A stretch of DNA of 59,230 nucleotides, filler included, from Platydemus manokwari (GCA_037951405.1; 5 parts of 5 records of this genome joined end to end with filler, not necessarily neighbours in it), one strand, 5' to 3'. Shown: positions 13,420 through 26,856, numbered from the whole stretch's first letter. The notes: generated from the sequence alone by a model not told the origin. Translations and numbers: made by a program.

Positions 13420-16400
13420 TTAATAATAATAATAAATTAATATAATTATTTCTTGCTATTAATTCAAACCTTCTTCTTCCTGCTGAAGATCCCTTTCACA
13501 ATATTTGGCTTTTTAGCTGGCTTGGTTTTTTCGTGGGGAGATTGAGACTTGGCTCTTGAATGTTTTTGTTCTGGATATTTTATCACGGTACACATCTCAT
13601 TTGGGATTGAAACATGACGAGATTGTACTGAAAAGTTTTCTCGCCCATTCTGAATGTCAGTCAGAAAAATAAATACAAATCCAAATAAACAGTATCGTAC
13701 CGTATCTGGAAGAAAGGAAACAGTTTTCTGGGGTGGATTATAATTAGACGATTTCAAAATCTCGATGATTTCCAAATGATTCTTCTTGACGGCTACATTG
13801 AGAGGACTCTCATTCTGTATATTTTTAATATCGATACTGGCACCTGCTTCAACGAGCAATTTTGTTATCTTTCTCCTTTTCAAAGCAGCAGCTATGTGGA
13901 GAGCAGTGTCACCGTTCTGATTTTGTTGATTGATATCCAAACTGACCGAAATCAATATCCTCGATACTCCAGCGTGACCATATCTTACTCCTGTGTGTAG
14001 AGGCGTATCACCAAACTACATCTAATATTTTCAAAATCGTCTTTTATCGAATAAACCTACCCGATTCTGTGCCGTTATATCAGCTCCATATTTAATCAAA
14101 TTACGAGTCGTTTGATTGTGACCTCCTTGAACGGCAAGATGAAGAGGTGTGAAAAGGGACTGAAATGATTATGGGTCAATCGAGAAGATAATTCACATAA
14201 TGTCGATATTAAATTTGGGGATATGCATTTGCATGAGTGTTTTATCCATAAAAACGAGTACGAAACTAACATAATTAACAAGATTAGGAAGTCTTCCTAC
14301 TTGACAAAGAAATTCAACAGTCTGAGAATAGCCTTTCCATGCAGCTTCATGCAAAGAAGTGTTACCATGCTATCAAAACAACAATAGAACTGGCCACGTT
14401 ACTCACTTACTTACCGTTGAATCCTGAATATTAACTTGAGCACCGCGTTCCAATAATACCTGTATGATATCGATCTGTCCAATACTGGCCGCCTTATGCA
14501 AAGGAGTGCTGTCAAACTAATAATAAAATGCAAATCATTAAAATCAATTGCCGAAGTATAAAAACAATAATATTTTTATTAATTTTTATATATTATTATT
14601 ATCGTTATTATTATCATTATTATTATCATTATTCTGGTTGCTATTATTGCCGTATTTAAAAGTGAAGTTCGAATTTCAACAAAGAAACGAATGACTTTCA
14701 CTGGAAGAGCAGCATGTAGTCAGACGTGTTATTAGGCGACACAATTTCTTGCGGCTGCCCAATTGCTGTGGTGCAATGCAGTATATCAATCTGGTGGTAG
14801 AAACATGATTCCAAACGATGTGTTAATGTCATGGCAATTAAAAATAGACTTTACGTTATCGAAGTAGCTTTTTTCTTCTTTAACATTTTAGAATCGAAAT
14901 TAACCTTAGCAGTACTTTTATTTTTTTTTATAAATTGCCTCCATCTCTATCAGCTCCTTGTTCACGGTTGAATGAACATGCTGCATTTATATTTTTTGTG
15001 TTGGGATAATTCTGTCATTATATAATAAAGATTATTGAGTTAATGTTTTTGACCACGACAATTCATTCTGACCCCATGTCTCATCATAAACGGCCTAGAT
15101 TGGCATTTACTGAAACTTTTTCGAAAAAAATTCAATGGCGGTCTGTTGGGATATAAATATAGGATATTATTTGAATTGATCGATGAGAGACCCGTATAAT
15201 CCGATGTTATGGGTTTTCTAGATAGGAACCACATCATATAGCAACCAATTAGTGAAGTGATGTCATCCGTATAAATTTGCAATGGACTGAATCATTACAG
15301 AGGATATATTTTCCCTTATAAGTCAGTGATAGTAAATGAGAGCATCGAATAAATATGAATATGGAGAGCGTTATTTCGATAAATAATTGTGAATTTATTT
15401 TCATCAGTAGGAATATCAATATAAATACATAATTGATGGTGTGTGGTCATCCATGGAGATAAGTTATTCATGTGAAAAATTATTTCCAGATTTTTTGATA
15501 AAATCTGAAACCTCCACCACCTTGAATTTCGTTATATATTAGTGTCACACGGGATGACTTGGTAGTGGAGGAAGTTTTTATAAAAATTTGAAAAACGTAG
15601 GCCACATTAGGCCTTGGTTTCAATTATTCTGGTAGCAGGGGGCTCAATATTGTAAATAGCCTATAAGAATGAGTTGTCGTGGCTTCTATAATTTATTTCA
15701 AGATTGGTAAAATTGTGGCGGGGGAATCGATGTAAGTCACATGGAAATGCGTGACACCATTTCTAATATGGCTTAAATTCCCATCATAATGGACCCATCA
15801 AATGATGACAATGAACAAGGGAATCTAATCCCCTTTTATAATACGTGGCATTGATAAATTTATTAGGATTAATTGTTCTTACATTTTATGCCAAAAATAT
15901 CCCAATTATTTGCATTAAGTGCAATTAATATTAATCATTCCCTCCTCTCAAAATGTATAGAAATAATTGAAGAAAAAATTTTATTGGAGAAATGTGAGTC
16001 CATTTTATATAATTGATGGAAATCATATGATCCTTTTTGTTTTTATAAATTGGCAAATAAAAGAGGAAATATTGATTATTAATCTTGGAATTAAACTTGT
16101 CGTTTTGATTAATTTCGAAAGAGTTTATCCGGGGTTTTCTAATTCGTGCATTTTCTGTGTTCGAGACAAGAAGGTATTCGTGAAGTTTTGATCACGTCAA
16201 TGTACACGAATTATTAACTAAATTATTTCTTTATTTTACGGATCAAACAAAGAGTATGTGTAGGAAAAATTCCCTCAATGGTCCTAATCTCGATATTTAT
16301 TCGAGATGAAGTCGAGTAAGTAGGAAACGATCTTTATAATGATCATGTGCAGGATAAACTATTTCAATCATGATATAAAATTTCGGAACGTTGGAAGTTT

Positions 16401-17959
16401 TCACGTTTCAAATAATGATGTGATGAATAAAGAGCATATTTTGTTAAAATCACATCGTAATCGAACATTTTCGAGCAGAGACTCTTCCCTCGGAAAGCAA
16501 AAGTATTATCGAAGTTCCAGATGGTGTCAATTTTAGGAGTGTCATATTATTATGAGAATATAAACTATAAACCATAATAAACTATTATGTATAAAGCTTT
16601 GAGAAATTATGATGAAAGAGTGTTTTCTAATCGTGTTTAATAATATTATCATTTTTATAATTGTCGTTAAGATTGTGTGGGATATACTGATATAAAATAA
16701 TGATAAAATCACAACAGTTTTTCACAGCCCAGAAGAAAGTGGTAACTAATTTGAGTATATTTCAAAGGCCAAATTGTTGTTCTGACAACCAGAGAAAAAC
16801 CAGACGAAATTATTATAATAAATCCAAGCCTGCCCATGTACGGAAAGGACTCTCACAAACGTCAATAAATACATCGAGAAACAGACCTTGATTTTGAGAA
16901 AATACAGATGTTTTGCTCATGCTGGATGATGTCAACTTAGTGTGTGTGTGTCGATCACAGCATATTTTCTTTTCATTTGATAAAAAGGGCTTCACTGAAA
17001 TAGATTAAAAAATGGTTTAAAAGAAATTGCGTAACTTCGGTTTCACTAAAACCAAAAGCATAATAATAATAATAATTATTATTATTATAATTATCATTGC
17101 TTTAAGAGCAGTTATTATCAAGATATTATCATACATGGATGAAGAGCTCTTCAGAAATCAAGATTTTAATATATCCAACAGATTTTAACGAAGAAATAAT
17201 AATAATAATAATCTTATGAAATGTCAGGAAACAAGATGTTGCGCTCTAAATAAAGCAATTACATCAAAGAATCGAAATATTCTTGAGAAAATCTATTTGA
17301 AATTAAAAACATTGATAAAACATTTCCAAAGATAAAGATTTAGGAAACTAAAATGTTGATAAAAAATTGAAAATATACTCGATATAATAAAATTTTATTT
17401 TTATCGTCACGGATGACAGAATCCTTTGACACTTCTATAATTACTCCTATTCCCTGATGAATTTATGCCATAATTATAAACAAATAGTCAAAACCCTAAA
17501 AATAGTTTAAAAAATTAATAAAGATATAATTCAAGAACTTTCTCAATATAAAAGAAAGCATGGAAGAAGTTTTCCATTGAAGGAACTTGTAAATCGAAAA
17601 CTAAAAAGGCGTCAAACCACCCCCATCCCCATCCCCGAATTCGAGTACAAATAAAAACGTAATAATTCAAGAATAAAAAAATTCTTTACGTTATCCGGAG
17701 CATTGACATTGTACATGGGGAAGGCTTGGAGCAAATATTTCAAAATTTCCAACTGCCCATTCTCAGCTGCTAAATGGATCGGAGATTTCCCATCCTGGAA
17801 CAAAGACGATCGTTGAAAGATTATAACCAAAATCAAAATCACTTTGTCCAGAACCAGATTGTTACCAGCTTTGATTAATTCCTTGACTTTGTCGAAGTTA
17901 TTGATTGAAACAGCATCAATAAGATTTGTCACATTAACAGCGTGCATCGATGTTTTCAT
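10872..17959 (-). CDS. ANKRD6: Ankyrin repeat domain protein 6 (Diversin/diego-like). Exons: 17843-17959, 17690-17794, 14415-14516, 14271-14369, 14061-14159, 13701-14015, 13470-13649, 12907-13164, 10908(or 10872)-11108. 3' end uncertain
   Basis: There are about 8 ankyrin repeats, including HGNTSLHEAAWKGYSQTV, TPLHLAVQGGHNQTTR, FGDTPLHTGVRYGHAGVSRIL and NGDTALHIAAALKRRKITKLLVEAGA. These closely resemble recalled Diego/ANKRD6 repeats. The downstream motif LFKDLAGNIKQ/GPIG...CTC, which is conserved in that family, is formed across the last intron. All eight introns are GT..AG and phase 0. Confidence 0.85.
13180..13440. repeat. Degenerate (AAT)n microsatellite filling an intron of the ANKRD6-like gene
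   Basis: About 260 nt of AAT/AAC/GAT triplets lie inside the 305-nt intron 13165-13469. Confidence 0.9.
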
Positions 17960-20900
17960 TGTTTGAGGAGGTTCTTAAACAATGAAACGAATATCAAGTC
18001 GACGACAGATAACATTTCAGAGACAGATTGTATTTTCATAGCAGCAAAAAAGCGACCAATAGAAATCGTGCACCAAAATTTTTTAGACAGACCAATTTCT
18101 ATTTTTAATCAACCAATGAAATTCCAATCGATGAATAATGAATAACTTTAACACTTATCCTCATGTTTGATTTTCAGAAGAAATTGTGATTAGTCATTCG
18201 GTTTTTTACGTCGATCTAGTTGAGAATAGACAGTAGATTTGTTGCCATAGTGATTTATGTCGTCGTTATTAGAAGCATCGATATTGATTTTGTATAAAAA
18301 ACATTTTTAATTGTTTGGTTATTTTTCATCATCTTATTTCCTGAGCTTAGGAAAAGGAAATGAGAGATTAATTTATACGTCAATCATAGTAAATAATTTA
18401 TAAGCTATATTGGAGTTCTGGGAATAAAAATTTATTACTGAACTGCTATTACAATCAATAAATTGAATTAGTACTTTTTATGAATTATCTTACTTTTACT
18501 GTGCAAAATGACCTTGCGACTGGGAGTGGTTGGACAAACGTAACCTCTCGAATGACTGTAGAAAGCTTTTCGACAGAAAGCATCATCGTCAGTGGTAAAA
18601 ACGTCAGTGTTGTCCATTGAAGCTATGATCCGATCAAAGCTGCATTAACGTGATTAGATTTCCAGTGAAAATAAAAGTTTTAAATTAATAAGAAATACGT
18701 TGGTTTATCTGTAACAAACTACTGACAGTCACCATCTGAATGTCAACACTAGTCGACATACTGCCAACCTTTATCTAATTTTTCATTGTAGCAGTCACTA
18801 CACACATCGTGACATCGATTTGAAGGTATGCACAACCCTATTGAATGGTGTCATGCAACCGGATCACTTAATAGCTCTATTAAGATATATTTATATTATG
18901 TCACTCAATTTGTGATGCTAGTTGATCTAAGAGAGCTCCAATGTGTCACCATAATTTGCAATCAATGTCAGCTATAATTGTTATTTTTCTCTGTCCACTT
19001 AAATTGATAGAAATAATTATTTTAAAAGTACAAAAATAATACATAATGATAATAATTATTTCAAATAGAATATTTTAATTATAATTTCAATATTAAAAAA
19101 GTATAATCAAAATATAATTTTATAATTATTAGATAAAAATATTAATGCTTAAATGTCTATTTATCGATATTTCGATTTCAGTCTTCATCTCGATTAAAGC
19201 TGTAAATGAAATATCGATGAATTGAAAATAAAATATTCAGTGTGAGAATTTTAAAGTTTTTATAAATGATTCTTAGCAGTTTTAAATAAAATCAATGATT
19301 TGAAACGTCCTTGAATAATTTGGTTGGATATTTTGGTCTAATGTACTTTTGTGGTTCGTACTTCTTAAATAGTTTTCAATACGTGTCTAATGAAATAGTA
19401 ACAACTAACGTTCATAATATAACATTAAAATTTGTTTTAAATTTATAATAAAAATTAAAAGAAATTTAAAAAAACATCTCAATGAAAAAATTAATAATAA
19501 AATTTTGAACACTTTAGAGAGTTGATTAATTCGGGTGTTAATTGTTTTCAATATGTTTGGTTTCTCTTTATCTGTCCCTTATAAATTATTAACACTACTT
19601 CCGCCTTATTATCACTCTCAATGAATTCAATTACAGATCTTCCTTTATCTTGCACTCTATCAATAATGTGAAAGTCATTAGAGTGACAGAAATTATGCTT
19701 GAATTTTATTAAAATGTCGTTGCAAATATCCAATCGCTTAAACATTATCTTTATTATTACTTGACAGAAGATGGTGATTATTGATACTGACGGTGACACT
19801 TTAACAAATGAGGATGATCCTTAAAACTTTTTATTAGCGACAATCGCAATATTTAATCAAAAGTTTTAATATTAGAATGCTCGTGATATCTTATAATGAG
19901 ACTAGGTTTTAGATATTAATGAATTCCACCAATAGCAGACTCTTAGATACTAAATCAATGACGATAGAGTTGATTTATAATCAATATATAATGTGATTAG
20001 ATAAATTACAACACGTAAGAGATTTTTGTATAACGGTGTGATGTCTTGACCTCGTTAAACAATCCATGCTAAGGACTACGGCCATCTAACTCTGGAGGAA
20101 AAGAAGATCAAGAAACAATTAAATTAGAAAGGAGTCAAATTTACCTTGGAAACTTTTACACTGATAATGATTAATAAATAATCCCTGTCAGGCATTACTG
20201 AGATGATAATTATTAGATAATAAATATTAATCTTGCCCATTAATGATTTAAGGCTGCCTAAATTTTTTCAAACCATGTCTTGCCAAAACGTATCATTATT
20301 TTTATAAAATTAAGGATAATAAAATATAATAACTAGTTATAAGTAGTGAAAAAGAGGTCCAAAAATGAAAATAAAAAAGTTAAATGATTTAAAACCATAA
20401 TACAGCAATAAAATAAAAATATTAAAAAAATATGGCAAGCATTTATAAATATGTGGTATATAAAATTGTGTGTGAGATGAAAATCCAATTCTAAAGATGA
20501 GAACAAATGCTGTCGAAATATGTGAAAGAATTCAATACAGCTCTAATTAAAAATGTGAGATTTGAAGTCATTTGAACAAAATCGTAGACATTAAGCACAA
20601 ACATCTATTGTTATCAATATTCTCTATTCAACAATTTTTGGAACTATTCAATATCAAAAGTAAAATTATATTTTCAAAGATTCATGAATATTGAGAAATA
20701 TAGAAGTATTGAAATTTGTTTTAATATGATTGGTGAGGAGGTTCACAGCCATTCAAGGATCTGTGCAGGAATTTTTGATTTTAAATTGCTATAAATTGTT
20801 GTGAATTCGGAAAAATAATTTATTAAATGATAATAATTATTCTGTCTGTGGAAAATAATTACACTAGAAGATATCATGATAGTTTCGATGAAGTCTAATG

Positions 20901-21227
20901 AACTTTTCCGTTTGGAGAATTCTTTTCAATTTGACGTCCTGCTTTTTGTAAGCAGACGATAATATTCTCGTGAAATTTATCTCTATGATTCCAAAATAAG
21001 TTCTCAACTTGTAGAACAACACAAATACTGACATGATTTGTTGGGGATTTCATTTGATGAAATGATATATAGATTTTTTATCTAAAATAAAATATCGATA
21101 ATATCTATTTTTAGTTTAGATGAAACGAGAGGGTTTTTTAATTATGTGATAAATTCTGTTTATAATTTTAGAAAAAATATTGTTTGCAAAACTAATGAGG
21201 TGTAAATTTAGATATGATATTAACAAG

Positions 21228-21402
21228 TACAGAATCCTCCTCCTAGTCACCACCTTTGGAGAATTGGAGAAATGTGGCGGTTAAGGGGAGTTTTTTTTAT
21301 GAAAAATAATAAAGAAGAACAATAAAATGAACTTTTTATTTCTTTATCACTGGAAAAATGTGACGGTTAAGAGGAGTGGCAGTTAGAAAAAAGAATACAG
21401 TA
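21228..21402. mobile_element. MITE-like Tc1/pogo-type non-autonomous element
   Basis: It starts TA-CAG and carries a subterminal motif several times: GGAGAAATGTGGCGGTTAAGGGGAG and GGAAAAATGTGACGGTTAAGAGGAG, an inverted degenerate copy (CTCCTCCTAGTCACCACC) at the left end, and GTGGCAGTTAG...TACAGTA at the right end. Confidence 0.5.
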
Positions 21403-21983
21403 TAAACAATATTAAATAGAAAGCTTTACTGTCTGATGGGAAAAAATAGAAGTAACAAAAAACAATATTGAATATGTGAAGAACAAATTTTAAAGTTAAT
21501 TGAATCTGAAATGACTTAATTAGATTGACCATTACCACACCACCATGCCAAAGAAACTCTCGACAGTTTTTTGGATACATTTCGATATAAGTAAAGCAGC
21601 AATACGCTATTGTTGCAGGCATTCTGGACTCAGAATTTTACCAAGTTTTTCGAGCAGACTTTAATGATAATAATAATAAATAATTCCTCTATTATTTAAT
21701 AATAAAAATAATTAATACTATCATTAATGATGTAAATAATGATATAATAATAATTATTATTATAAAAATTGTTGAAGATTGCTGAGATGTTTTGTAGTAA
21801 TATAAATTCGAATTACAAATAAACAATTTATAAAAAGACGTAGACCAATACGGTATGATTATCAGAAGGATTTAAAATTACGATAAGGTTAAATATATTC
21901 ACTCAAAAATCTTCAACTTATCTGGACTCCAAACAGATAAGAGGTTGTTGTTGCTAGAAGGCTCGGGTAGATATAATAAAAAT

Positions 21984-22083
21984 NNNNNNNNNNNNNNNNN
22001 NNNNNNNNNNNNNNNNNNNNNNNNNNNTTAATTAATTAANNNNNNNNNNNNNNNNNNNNNNNNNNNNNNNNNNNNNNNNNNNN
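21984..22083. other. Artificial contig-joining spacer N44-TTAATTAATTAA-N44
   Basis: Same 100-nt structure as the spacer at 10343. Confidence 0.97.
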
Positions 22084-22308
22084 TACGTTTCACTTCAGTC
22101 CAAGGCATCAAAAAGTGGCTCGATTCGTTCTTTGATTCAAAAGATGACCGGTTTTTTTGGTATGGCATCCACAAATTACCCGAAAGATGGGGAAATGTTG
22201 TAACTCCCGATGGACATTACTTTGGATAACAGGATTGTACAAGATTTTCTTTAATAAACACTCAATTGTTCCAAAAAAAATTCCGGTTTTTAAGTTATAG
22301 ACCCAATA
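22084..22308 (+). mobile_element. 3' end of a mariner (Mos1-like) transposon: transposase C-terminus, right TIR and TA
   Basis: The frame reads RFTSVQGIKKWLDSFFDSKDDRFFWYGIHKLPERWGNVVTPDGHYFG* (stop at 22227-22229), a typical mariner C-terminus. It is followed by TIR-like TTCCGGTTTTTAAGTTATAGACCCAA and then TA. Confidence 0.9.
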
Positions 22309-23433
22309 CTTAATTACATTTTTATTTTACAAAAATCATGAATATTATCTTTTTAGGAGTTACCTTTAATACCGCTGATTTCATTTCGTTACTCGCAATT
22401 GCTAATACTACTACTTTGTACGAGTATTTATATCAATGTTTGGTTCAGACTCACTATGTGTACTAAACGGATTTGTTCGATTATAATTCAATGTTTTATT
22501 TGTTAAATTATTAATATTAATTATGTATTTATCTATTGTAACAGATCATAAATAAATGCATCACCGTATGTTCAGTTTTTAAGATGCGATAAATGAAACT
22601 GGCAATCGTATTATATTCAAGTAATTTCATGTAAATTAATTTCATTGTTTGTTTATTGTTCCTAGGTACCCAGCTTAATATTGGGAGGGGATTTATTTAT
22701 CAATCGCTGACACAAATCTTATTTTGGAATTTACATTTACTCGAATGATAAGTAAACTTTTTTATAATTTTATCACTACTAATAATTCTATTATTGATGA
22801 TAACAATTGAATGAATATTTAGCCAACCAAATCGAAGCGTAAATATTCTAATTCACATAAAAAATGCTGTTTTATACAATTCTTTATACTACCGAATAAA
22901 AATGATAAATGTCGTACTTCCATTGAATATTCAATGAGTAATATAAATAAATTGTGTTATGTTCGACTATTATATGGTTGATTATCAATGCTGATTTTTT
23001 AATTGATGATCATATTCCACTTAATTAGTTATTGTTGAGGTCACAGGCGTAATCTACATTATAAAGAATAGTTGTCAGAAAAGTCACTCCAAAGTCACAC
23101 AGAATTGAAGTTACCAAATGAAAATACAAGGAGATGCTTATAAAATCCAACTGCATTTATAGTCTTATCGTAGGTGTTCATTTGATGTCTCGGAGCTTCA
23201 TTCTTCACTCAATAGAGTTGTTCATACGTCAGTGTGTCAACAAATTTTCTTGTATTTCTCTTATCTTTATCGAATCTCGATGCGTGTTTCTAGTTGTTGG
23301 TATACATCAGTTGATCATTGAATTATAAATACTGCTGGATATCTGTGACTAATCTCAGTGACTATGGACACAAGCCTTATTGAAGCTGTGTTCATTAACC
23401 CTTTGAGGGGGTTTTCCATGGTATCCATTATTA

Positions 23434-23873
23434 TGTTGGGTATTCCATATATTAGTCAAAAAGGTCCCAAGAACCAAGAAAAACTCTTAAAAGGGTTAAT
23501 ACACACAAACCCAATAAACACACGTGCCGTTAACCAATCAGATCCGTTCTAATGTTAATCCATATTTAGAAGTTAAGAATCGACAGGCACATGCCTACTA
23601 ACTACAGCAAGCTCGAATATCCGCCAATGAGATAAGGAATATAAGGAAAATCTCAAGTAAATCATTCCACAAACAAATTTAAAGAATTGGAAATGAAGGT
23701 CCGTGACATCAAGCGGACACACTCGATGGCCTATAAAAGAAGCTGAATTTCATAGATTTTTGCCAGTCTTTTTGGTCGGTAACTTTTGTACTTAGCCTGT
23801 GTGTGATTTTAGTAATCAGTCTTTTTGATTACTCTTTATTCTGTGTTTGACTTTCGGGCGCTGATCCCATCTT
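23434..23873 (+). repeat. Solo-LTR-like interspersed repeat, copy 2
   Basis: It begins TGTTGGGTAT, contains CTATAAAAGA and ends GATCCCATCTT, giving an imperfect terminal inverted repeat (TGTTGGG/CCCATCT). It is homologous to 4746-5164. Confidence 0.7.
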
Positions 23874-24310
23874 TAGCAATTTTCTTTATGAATTGCGTTA
23901 GGAATTGTTATTGTTATCATTGAGATTTCGAGTGTATTATTTTGGTTAATATAGATTTGTAGATTCAAATTGTTGTTTAATAACGAAACAATTATCATGG
24001 TAGTCTTTATGACTTAGTCCACATTTGTTAGAAATTTAAAAGTTATTTTTACAACAATTATTAACTACAATTTATTGTTACTACAGCTTAGATATAGAAT
24101 TTGTATCACTGCTATTAACTTTTATAACTACTGTATGAATCAAATAAAATAAAAATCGGATTCAGACACCTGAATATATTATTAAATAACAGACTAAACA
24201 ATTAAACGCCAATACAATATTCTATGAAATTTTAGATTTTCGGTATACGATTGATTTTAACCTTATAAATTTCAGAGAAGATTATGGTTTATATGACTCC
24301 TTTGTAGTAT

Positions 24311-24647
24311 TGTGACAAAGCCGTTTCTAGACTGAGACACGGTCAATAAGTAGCAATATGATAAATTTAAGAATATAATTAAAGATTGTAATAAATGCTT
24401 GCGTGATTCGGTCTTTCAGTTATGAAGACCTGGCATAAACAGGTTCTTGGTGATTTACGCGGAATCTTCTGTAATTGTAGTTTAGCAATAATCGTGCCTT
24501 AGAATTGTCGGCTATGTACAGTGCGCTATGTGTTTACTGTGACAACTACCTTATATAGGCATCCATGAATCAGTCTTAGCTATACTTTACGAATATTCAT
24601 TTAATTTCTAACATATGTTTTTCTAGGCTTGAATCTATTAAGTCACA
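24311..24647. repeat. Candidate solo LTR (TGTGAC...GTCACA)
   Basis: A 337-nt segment, GC-richer than its flanks, bounded by a perfect 6-bp TG..CA inverted repeat, with an internal TATATAG. There is no clean target-site duplication. Confidence 0.35.
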
Positions 24648-26129
24648 GAAATATTTTCTGCAATTAAATTTATTCTATAAGATTTAAATGCAAGCCTATT
24701 TTTATTCTGCAATTAAATTTATTGCACGCGATTATTTTATTCGACGTTATGTATTGAACTCCATAATAGATATCTAGCGATTTTTTGACCTAGACATGGT
24801 AAAACTATTTTATAAATTTTATCCGAAAATATACTAATAATAATAATTATTATTATTATTATTTATAAATTGCTATAGTTATTATTCGTTAATTATATAC
24901 ATTAATGCATTCTACTTTTATACGTCAATACGTAACACTGGTTGGACCGATATTAGAAAATTGTTTTTAATAGTTTATTTTGGATAAAATTGTCATCGAT
25001 ACCCGACATGTGTGACCAATTTAGTAAATAGGAACTCGTTTTTTTGATAGAAAATTGTTTATTTGAAAATAATTTTTTTATAAATTTAAAATAAAGAGTT
25101 GATGATTAAAGTATTAAAAATAAGATTTTGTTCTTTGTAAATATTTGATAATTGTAGTCTGGCTTCTGAGGGCTTTAAATGTGTTTATTATGATGATAAT
25201 ATTAGTAATTGTATTCTGAAAAACTAAGTGATTTTATCAACGTAACAATTGGAGTAGTGTATTTATATAAATTTGTCTTTTTATTATACCGAGTATCACA
25301 GCTATTGATCACCAATAACTTGATCAGAATAAAATAAATAAAAATTAAATGTTAACCTTTTCCCGTTGATTCATCGGCAAGAAAGTAATGAAACGAATGA
25401 AAATATCAACAACACTAAAAAATGAACAAAAACCACGTAATAATTAGTGATATAAAATAAATTTAATTAATAAAATAAGTATAACTTTTAAACTTTAAAA
25501 GTAAAATAGAAAGCCTGCTCATTAATGTAGTTGATATCCTTGGATTAGATAAGTCTGCCATCTTCTAAATGTCTAAAGCCTTTGAAAGTTCGCTTAATTT
25601 GCAAGAGGATAGAGAGAAACATTTTTATATGATATTTGATGCTTGACTTGCTTCCGGTGTCTATTCATATATTAGTACTCAGCGTATGTATTCACCGTTA
25701 ATTCTTTTTTTCGCTGCTTAATAACTTGTTTGATTTTTGCTGATAAATTTTTATAGACTTATATGATGAATCTTTGATTTAGTATAGGTTTCATTTCATT
25801 ATTATTTTTTATTATTATTAATATTGACTTAATATTATAAATGTTCTTCAATTTATTATTATTGTATAAATTCACTTAGTAACACGGAATTATTTTTAAT
25901 TTTATTATAAAAAACAATATGAAGATATAGAGGAAATATTAAAAACAATATTCAAGCAGTACAAAACCAAAAAATGGACTACATAAACAGACTTTGACTA
26001 AGCTGAATTGTTTGCATACCAAGAAAAGAGGAAATAGATGACAAGTCATGAAGTCAATTAAAAGGGAAAATAAAGGCATAGAGAAAATGATTAGCTCGTT
26101 ATCTAGGTACAATAAAGAGCTTGCTAAAA

Positions 26130-26260
26130 ATGAAGGAGATTTGTTTGCCACAAGAGGTATAAATACCCAAAAACGATTGAAATAATAATACGATGGTCCA
26201 AAGTTTGAGGAAATATGATAAATAAATCGACAGCAATAATGTTGAATCTGTTTACAAAAC
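26130..26260 (+). mobile_element. Possible Gypsy integrase C-terminal (GPY/F) relic
   Basis: EGDLFATRGINTQKRLK**YDGPKFEEI resembles GDxV...KLxxxYxGPxxI. The match is short and degenerate. Confidence 0.3.
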
Positions 26261-26856
26261 TGATACCTTTACAAGAATCAACTCAGTAATGAAACTATTC
26301 AGACAATGATAAATATTCAAGGACCAATATGAGGGCACGTACTGAAATCGAGAAAAAAAATACCTTCCGAACGATAACTGACTGGATAACTTTTTCATAA
26401 ACCATGATATCATTAACAATATTTTATAATCCGATTTTAAATAATGATTTGTTATTAAATATAATTCTGTCATGACTTTTCAGTTCGTTTTCAATGTTTA
26501 ATTTAAAGAAATGTTAATGGATAACACATTGAGAAAAACCTTGATGTTTTAATAGGTATGATTATTTCAATTTATTCGTCATTGATCAGCATAGTGTACA
26601 ATCAAAATTATTATCTAAAACATGTATGTTAAATAAAGAAAATCGAATTTATTCTTCAAACTTTTAATGATTCAAAATCAAAGTTCTTCCAAAACGACTT
26701 ATAACTTTTAATTATAAATTAATATTATTATAATGAAATTGTGTTCCACTTTCCATTTCGATTTCTTCTTTCTATTATAAATATAAATTTGAATAAACAA
26801 AATTTCGATTTTTGATATATTTTATTCATTTTATTTTGCAAATCATTATTTTCATA

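Noticed and set aside
13113-13440. Poly-Ile and poly-Asn ORFs on both strands
   Set aside because: They are translations of the intronic AAT microsatellite.
14291-14301. Donor at CAA|GTAGGA implying a missing microexon in the ankyrin gene
   Set aside because: Extending the exon to TAT|GTTAGT (14271) gives exactly 33 codons and restores the ankyrin register.
15040-15300. SPLQIYTDDI resembling a non-LTR RT motif
   Set aside because: It is a single short motif with no supporting flanking RT motifs.
19548-19799. 83-aa ORF vaguely like a GIY-YIG/Penelope tail
   Set aside because: No GIY or YIG motif is visible and the resemblance is too weak.
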